A stretch of 64,000 bases of DNA. Origin: Acidobacteriota bacterium (GTDB taxonomy: Bacteria > Acidobacteriota > Vicinamibacteria > Vicinamibacterales > UBA823). Positions within the stretch are counted from its first letter, which is position 1. Every line of letters begins with the position of its first letter. Shown here piece by piece: positions 59,167 to 64,000 of the stretch. The notes under the pieces are model-generated. The model worked only from the letters and a program-made list of their open reading frames with translations. It had not been told where the DNA came from and did no database searches. The stretch is from assembly GCA_002730525.1 (NCBI GenBank), contig PCAK01000032.1, positions 138,580 to 202,579 on the forward strand, written 5' to 3'. Position numbers and translations under genes: made by a program.

Positions 59167-59823
59167 CTAGTTGACCGCGAAGCAGTAGTACAGGCCGTTG
59201 CCGCCGGTACCGATAAGGTCGTCCTGGCTGCAGCCTCGGCTGGCATGGGCGGCGTGCCACGAAGTGGGGTTATCGCCACCGCCCTGGCGGTCGTGATGGC
59301 CCACGGCGGCGCTGCCGGCGCCGTTGCTGGTCCAGTTGCCGCACGTGTGGTCTTCCCCGTCCGCGTACGCCGTACCGTCGAGTTGCGACCCGGTCAGGAT
59401 GTCATGCATATTCGGACTGTCGCCGCGCCCGTTGATCGGTTCGCCGTTCTCATTCAGGCTGTTCGGCTTGTTCAGTTCGTTGTTGGCGCTGTGGAGGTCA
59501 TCGACGCTGGAGGCCACTTCGAGGCCGCTGGCGTTGTACCAGGGGCCGGTGCCGATGCGATCGCGCGCGTTGACCGCCGGCTGGTTGCCGACCTCACTCT
59601 GGCTGAGATAGGCGCGCCAGGTCTTGGTGCTGCCGGCCGCTTCCGCGAGCATCTGGCAGCGCGCGTCAGCCCCAGCGAGGCCGCCCAGGTTGGCGCCGTC
59701 GCCCGGGCCGACGCTGGTGATGAAGAAGGACATGGCGTTGTCCTGGGCGTCGAGGTCGGTCGTGCCCGCGACGGCCAGGGTGGCGACGACGACCGCGACG
59801 GCAAGAAACTTGAAAGTCTGCAT
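59167..59823 (-). CDS. secreted Cys-containing protein with an endostatin/DUF1554-like pattern
   Basis: Signal peptide (FLAVAVVVATLAVAG). FFITSVGPGDGANLGGLAGADARCQMLAEAAG..TWRAYLS, ...HDILTGS..., ...CGNWTS..., and a terminal LYYCFA. Confidence 0.55.
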   Translation of the reverse strand: MQTFKFLAVAVVVATLAVAGTTDLDAQDNAMSFFITSVGPGDGANLGGLAGADARCQMLAEAAGSTKTWRAYLSQSEVGNQPAVNARDRIGTGPWYNASGLEVASSVDDLHSANNELNKPNSLNENGEPINGRGDSPNMHDILTGSQLDGTAYADGEDHTCGNWTSNGAGSAAVGHHDRQGGGDNPTSWHAAHASRGCSQDDLIGTGGNGLYYCFAVN

Positions 59824-60011
59824 GGTTATCTCCCCTCGGGTGAATCCGACCGAAACACGGCGGTCCCGGGCGGAGACCCGGTAGTCTATCCCAAGCGCCG
59901 GCCGTCGTCATCGACCGAGGGATGGGGCTGCGCACCGGGCATCGGCAACCTGGGAAGGCCAGAACTCGTCCCTGAATGTTAGGGAACCGGCGGGAACGGT
60001 GAGGAGACGAG

Positions 60012-61511
60012 ATGATGTCGACACTGGGGTGGGAGATCCGGCACGCGCTGCGGGCGATCTGGCGGGAACGAGCCGTCTGCGCCGTCATCATCCTGGTGTT
60101 CGGCCTCGGTATCGGTGCGAACGCGACGGTGTTCAGTGTCGTGCAGGCCGTGCTCCTGCGACCACTTCCGTTTCACGAGCCCGACCGGCTGGTCTGGGTC
60201 AGCAACCAGTACCCGGGGAGCGATCCCAGCGCGCTCTCGACCGTGACATCGCGGGTGGACGTCTTCGAGGAGTGGCCGCGACCGGGTGACCGCGTTCGAC
60301 GCGACGACCGCCTACAACGCGTTCTTCGGATACGGCAGCTACACCTTGGCGGGAGCCGGAGCGGCTCCTCGGCGTCCGGGTGGCGGACAACTTCTTCGAC
60401 GTGCTCGGCGTCCAGCTGGCGCTGGGTCGGGCGTTCACGCGCGTCGAGACCGGATTGAACGGCCGCCGGCGGTCTTGCTGACTCATGGGTTCTGGCAGCG
60501 ACGGTTCGCGGGCGATCCGGAAGTGATCGGTCGGGCGCTGACGCTCGACGGCGCGGCGGCGACCGTCGTCGGCGTCGTGCCGGCGGGCTTCGAGTTCAGC
60601 TCGTTGTTCGCGCCGGGCACCGAGGTCGATCTGATGCTGCCGCTCGTTTACGACGTGGCGCGCAGGCAGGGCAACACGCTCGCCGTCATCGGCCGGCTAC
60701 AGCCGGGCCGCACCCTGTCCCAGGTCAGAACGGAGCTCGAGGCCGTCACGGCGCAGGTGCAGCAGGAGCGGCCTGAGCGCGGACGGTTCTACGGTGCCGC
60801 GGCGGTCGAGCTGAAGGACCAGATCAGCAGCGGCGCGGCGGGGGCGCTGCTGACGCTCTGGGCCGCCGTGGCTGGTGTCCTACTAATCGTCTGCGCCAAC
60901 CTGTCCAGCTTGATGCTCTCTCGCGCGGCGGCGCGATGGAAATCTATCTGTCGATCTGGCGAGCCGACGGGCGCTCGGCGAACCTCGTGATGCGAACCTC
61001 GCGGCGCCTCGAGGCGCTGGCACCCGAGTTGCGCCGGACGCTGCGCGCGCTGGATCCGGCGATGCCGGTCTCGGATATTCGATCGCTCGGGCAGTTCGTC
61101 GCCAGGGCCGTGTCCCCGCGGCGCTTCTTCGTCTGGCTGCTCGGTGGGTTTGCCGTCGCGGCCTTGCTGCTCGTCGCGCTGGGGATCTACGGGGTCGTCT
61201 CGCACGCTGTGGCCCAGCAGACGCGGGAGATCGGGATCCGGATGGCGCTCGGGGCGTCGGCGGGGAGCGTGCAGCTCGACGTGCTCCGGCGGGTCTTCAC
61301 GCTGGCCGGTGCGGGCCTGGCGCTCGGGCTGATGGGCAGCGTCCTGGTCGGACGCGGTATGCAGGCGTTGCTCTACGAGGTCTCGGGCTGGGGTCCGCTG
61401 AGCTTTGCCGGGATGACCGGCGCGCTCCTCCTCACGGCGTGCGCGGCCGGCTACATGCCGGCGCGTCGCGCATCGCTCGTGGATCCGACGGTCGCGCTCA
61501 GGGACGAGTGA
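60012..61511 (+). pseudogene. degraded ADOP/MacB-FtsX-type ABC permease (multiple frameshifts plus internal deletion)
   Basis: N-terminal IRHALRAIWRERAVCAVIILVFGLGIGANATVFSVV. MacB-type periplasmic-domain pieces are scattered over three frames (frame switches near 60275, 60350, 60462 and 60930). A C-terminal FtsX domain (EIGIRMALGAS...PARRASLVDPTVALRDE) is present. Total length is about 500 codons, versus the ~800-900 usual for ADOP proteins. Confidence 0.75.
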
Positions 61512-61549
61512 ACGCTGTCAGGTGGAAGTGATGGAAGAGCGGCCTCACG

Positions 61550-61583
61550 AAAAAAGCCGGAGCCGGCAGACGCCGGCTCCGGC
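61550..61583 (-). terminator. intrinsic terminator downstream of the DinB-family gene (also 3' of the permease pseudogene)
   Basis: 12-bp stem GCCGGAGCCGGC / GCCGGCTCCGGC with a 4-nt loop. On the minus strand it is followed by TTTTTT. Confidence 0.75.
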
Positions 61584-61608
61584 CATTCCACGAACCGTAC
61601 GGACGGAG

Positions 61609-62181
61609 TTACTGGCTCGCCGGCGGCACGATGTCGTTCAGGCGCAGGTACACGGTCTGCACCCCGTACTCGCTCCAGGTGTGGATCATAGTGCGATAGA
61701 CGACCCGAACGCGCGTCGACTCGCCGAGAAAGCCGCCGTCGACCTTCTCCTGCAACGACGCATCGGTCTGGTCGCTGAGGATCTCCGTGCCGAAGTCGAA
61801 CGAGTCGCTCAGCGCCTGCACGAAGCCGGCCTTGTCGGCGGGTTCTCCTAGATCGGGCGGCGTGGCGGCGGAGTCGAGCCGGCCCATTAGGCCAAGTTGC
61901 GCGCCGGCGACGTGCATCACCTGCTCGCCGAAGTCCCGCAGTTCGTCGGTCGGCTTGTAGCCGTAGTTCTCTTCCGGCATCTCCTCGGCGACGGCCACCA
62001 TCAAGGTCTTCAGGCTCTCCCAGTCGGCCAGGAGTTCATCGGCCAGGACGCCTTCGTCCATCGGCATCGCTTCCTGTGCCGCCGCGGCGGGCGCTTCCTC
62101 GGCAGGGGTGCATGCGGCGAGACCCAGCCCGGCCGAAACAATCGTCAGTGTGAACAAAAGCGAGCGGGTAGCTGAATACAT
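61609..62181 (-). CDS. DinB-family (DinB_2-like) lipoprotein
   Basis: Lipobox AGLGLAAC and a four-helix DinB-like pattern with His residues (VMHVAG..., MIHTWSEYG). The ATG at 62181 is preceded by AAGGAGG. Confidence 0.65.
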   Translation of the reverse strand: MYSATRSLLFTLTIVSAGLGLAACTPAEEAPAAAAQEAMPMDEGVLADELLADWESLKTLMVAVAEEMPEENYGYKPTDELRDFGEQVMHVAGAQLGLMGRLDSAATPPDLGEPADKAGFVQALSDSFDFGTEILSDQTDASLQEKVDGGFLGESTRVRVVYRTMIHTWSEYGVQTVYLRLNDIVPPASQ

Positions 62182-62281
62182 CGGACCTCCTTGATAGTTC
62201 GTTCCGGCGCGGCGCGCCGCGTTAACGACGCCGAGGCCGGAACGGTCCGACCTCGGCGCAACTCGGCAATCTGTTCGAGGC

Positions 62282-64000
62282 CTACGGCAAGGCCAGCGCC
62301 ACCAGCGACCCGGAATAGCCGCGCCCGCCAACCGGCAGGATGATGTACTGCCGCCCTTCATGCATGTAGGTCATCAAGGCTGTGTTCGTCGGCGCGGGCA
62401 GTTCGACCGTGCCGAGGCGCTCGCCGGTCGCCTTGTCGTTCGCGTAGAGCAACGGCCGGCCGCCGCGACCTTCGGCGTAGATCAGCAGCGACTTCGTGAG
62501 GAGCGCCGTGGCGTGTGTCCGGTTGCCCGTGTTCGGAACGTCGATGCCCTGCAGCAGACGGTGGTTCTGGATGTTGTCGGGCGTGTCGCCGTTCGGGATC
62601 CACCAGAGGTGGTCGCCGGTGTTCATGTCGATCGCGGTGATCCGGCTGTAAGGTGGTTTCAGCAGCGGCAGACCTTGAATCGCTCGGGGTCCGGCGCCAG
62701 CCCCGCTGGCCCATTCCATTAGCGTCGTCCCCGTCGGATTCTCGTACTGGAGGTCTGCTTCCGCTCCCGGGACGAGGAGTGGTGCGTCGCACGACTTGAT
62801 CGTCGCCGTGTAGAGGATGCCGGTGTCCGGATCTGTGACCGTGCCGCCCGGGATGTTCGTGCCGCCGTTGCCGCCGGGGCAGAGCAGTGCCGACCGCTTG
62901 CCGAGGTCGTTGTCGCGGTGCAGCGGCGGGTTGAAGAGCGGCCCCATCTGGTACTCGGACATGTTTTCGATCGCCTGCTGCCGCAGTTCCGGCGTGAAGT
63001 CGATCAGATCGTCGACCGTCACGCCTTGCATCTCGTAGGCCGCGGGTCGGGTCGGGAACGGCTGGGTCGGCGAGGTCTGCTCGCTCGGAATCATCGACTC
63101 GGGAACCGGCCGCTCCTCGATCGGCCAGATCGGCTCGCCGGTCTCCCGGTTGAGGACGTAGGCGAACGACTGTTTCGTCGTCTGCACCAGAATCGGCACT
63201 GTTTCGCCGTCAATTGTCACGTCGAGCAGGCTCGGAGCCGTCGGATTGTCGTAGTTCCAGATGTCGTGGTGCACCGTCTGGAAGTGCCACCGCCGTTCAC
63301 CCGTCTCGGCGTCGAGCGCGAGAATCGTCGTGGAGAAGAGGTTGTCGCCGGGGTGGAACCCACCGTAGTGATCGTTCGTTGGCGGGTCGGTGACGATGTA
63401 GACCAGGCCCAGCTCCGGGTCGGCCGAGAGCGGCGCCCACGCCGACACGTTCCCGGTGTAGGACCAGGCATCGCTCTCCCAGGTGTCGTGGCCCAATTCA
63501 CCGGGCTGCGGAATGACGTTGAACTTCCACTTGTGATCGCCGGTGGCGGCGTCGTAGGCCAGGATGTGTCCCGGCACGTTCTCGCGGCGCGACTGGTGGT
63601 AGCCCTGCTCGTGGGCGTTGCCGACTACGACGGTGCCATTCACGACGATCGGCGGTGAGGAATTCGTGATGTAGCCGATTTCCGGCGGGAGGCCGTCGTA
63701 CGGGTCGTACTCGTAGCCGAAGTCGGCCAGCAGGTCGACCGTGCCGCCTTCGCCGAAGTCCGCGATCGGCAGGCCCGTGTCGGGGTCGAGCGCGTGAAGG
63801 AAGAAAGCCGGTGTCACGACGTAGATCCGGCCCTCGCCGTCCACCTCGTCATAGGCGACGCCCTTGCCGTAGTTCTTCCGCATCGACAGTTCCCATCGCT
63901 TGGTCGTCGGCTCGCGGAACGTCCAGAGAGTCTCGCCCGTGGTCGGATCGATGGACACCACCGTGCGTCGCTGGCCCGCCACACCGTACAGACGACCGTT
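62282..64000 (-). CDS. PQQ-dependent dehydrogenase (quinoprotein beta-propeller; glucose/alcohol dehydrogenase type), N-terminus beyond the window
   Basis: Repeated W-motif propeller blades (DP.TGE..W, HHDIWNYD, GGTNIPGG). The frame is open to the window edge. Confidence 0.8.
   Translation of the reverse strand, partial: NGRLYGVAGQRRTVVSIDPTTGETLWTFREPTTKRWELSMRKNYGKGVAYDEVDGEGRIYVVTPAFFLHALDPDTGLPIADFGEGGTVDLLADFGYEYDPYDGLPPEIGYITNSSPPIVVNGTVVVGNAHEQGYHQSRRENVPGHILAYDAATGDHKWKFNVIPQPGELGHDTWESDAWSYTGNVSAWAPLSADPELGLVYIVTDPPTNDHYGGFHPGDNLFSTTILALDAETGERRWHFQTVHHDIWNYDNPTAPSLLDVTIDGETVPILVQTTKQSFAYVLNRETGEPIWPIEERPVPESMIPSEQTSPTQPFPTRPAAYEMQGVTVDDLIDFTPELRQQAIENMSEYQMGPLFNPPLHRDNDLGKRSALLCPGGNGGTNIPGGTVTDPDTGILYTATIKSCDAPLLVPGAEADLQYENPTGTTLMEWASGAGAGPRAIQGLPLLKPPYSRITAIDMNTGDHLWWIPNGDTPDNIQNHRLLQGIDVPNTGNRTHATALLTKSLLIYAEGRGGRPLLYANDKATGERLGTVELPAPTNTALMTYMHEGRQYIILPVGGRGYSGSLVALALP

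Overview
This is a very GC-rich bacterial chromosomal segment with strong third-codon-position GC bias. It is almost entirely coding and mostly core metabolism, not an obvious mobile or defence island. An ADOP-type permease suggests an Acidobacteriota-like soil lineage, but that is only a guess.

Content in order:
1. The 3' part of a cytochrome bc-type operon: a split b6-like cytochrome b, an enlarged subunit-IV-like protein, and a 947-aa membrane-anchored cytochrome c with 8 CxxCH motifs.
2. A divergent NAD-salvage pair, pncA/pncB.
3. Glycolate oxidase glcDEF.
4. A Sir2-type deacetylase.
5. pgi, followed by an in-frame gnd'-'zwf chimeric ORF.
6. A LysE exporter, initiator tRNA-fMet, an ftsB-like gene, cutA, a yqaA/DedA-like gene, and a Cys/Met-metabolism PLP enzyme.
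7. A HAMP-PP2C phosphatase whose stop overlaps the start of an RNase III that carries an extra N-terminal domain.
8. An AAA/DUF234-like ATPase and purA.
9. Three genes each split by a single frameshift: a pseudo-receiver-PilZ protein, a phosphodiesterase, and a ClC channel.
10. ytxJ, two transporters, a Tat-signal RraA-like protein, a methyltransferase, cystathionine beta-synthase, an amidohydrolase plus an orphan amidohydrolase fragment, and a Ca/Na antiporter.
11. A complete LysW-carrier operon, lysW-X-Y-Z-J-K. Its 54-aa lysW ORF is absent from the supplied ORF track. It is preceded by a promoter and a terminator/antiterminator leader.
12. The hut genes hutI / hutF-hutC-hutU-hutH, with a TGTA-N2-TACA operator.
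13. A form-II coxS-L-M-D-E-G cluster.
14. A secreted endostatin-like protein, a heavily degraded ADOP permease, a DinB lipoprotein, and a partial PQQ dehydrogenase.

I saw no rRNA, CRISPR array, transposase, integrase or phage genes. I could not identify a convincing new multi-gene system. The best follow-up candidates are the lysW leader/attenuator, the bc-complex cytochrome with a coiled-coil stalk, the PP2C-RNase III coupling, the endostatin-like protein, and the unusually high density of broken genes (real decay versus assembly error).
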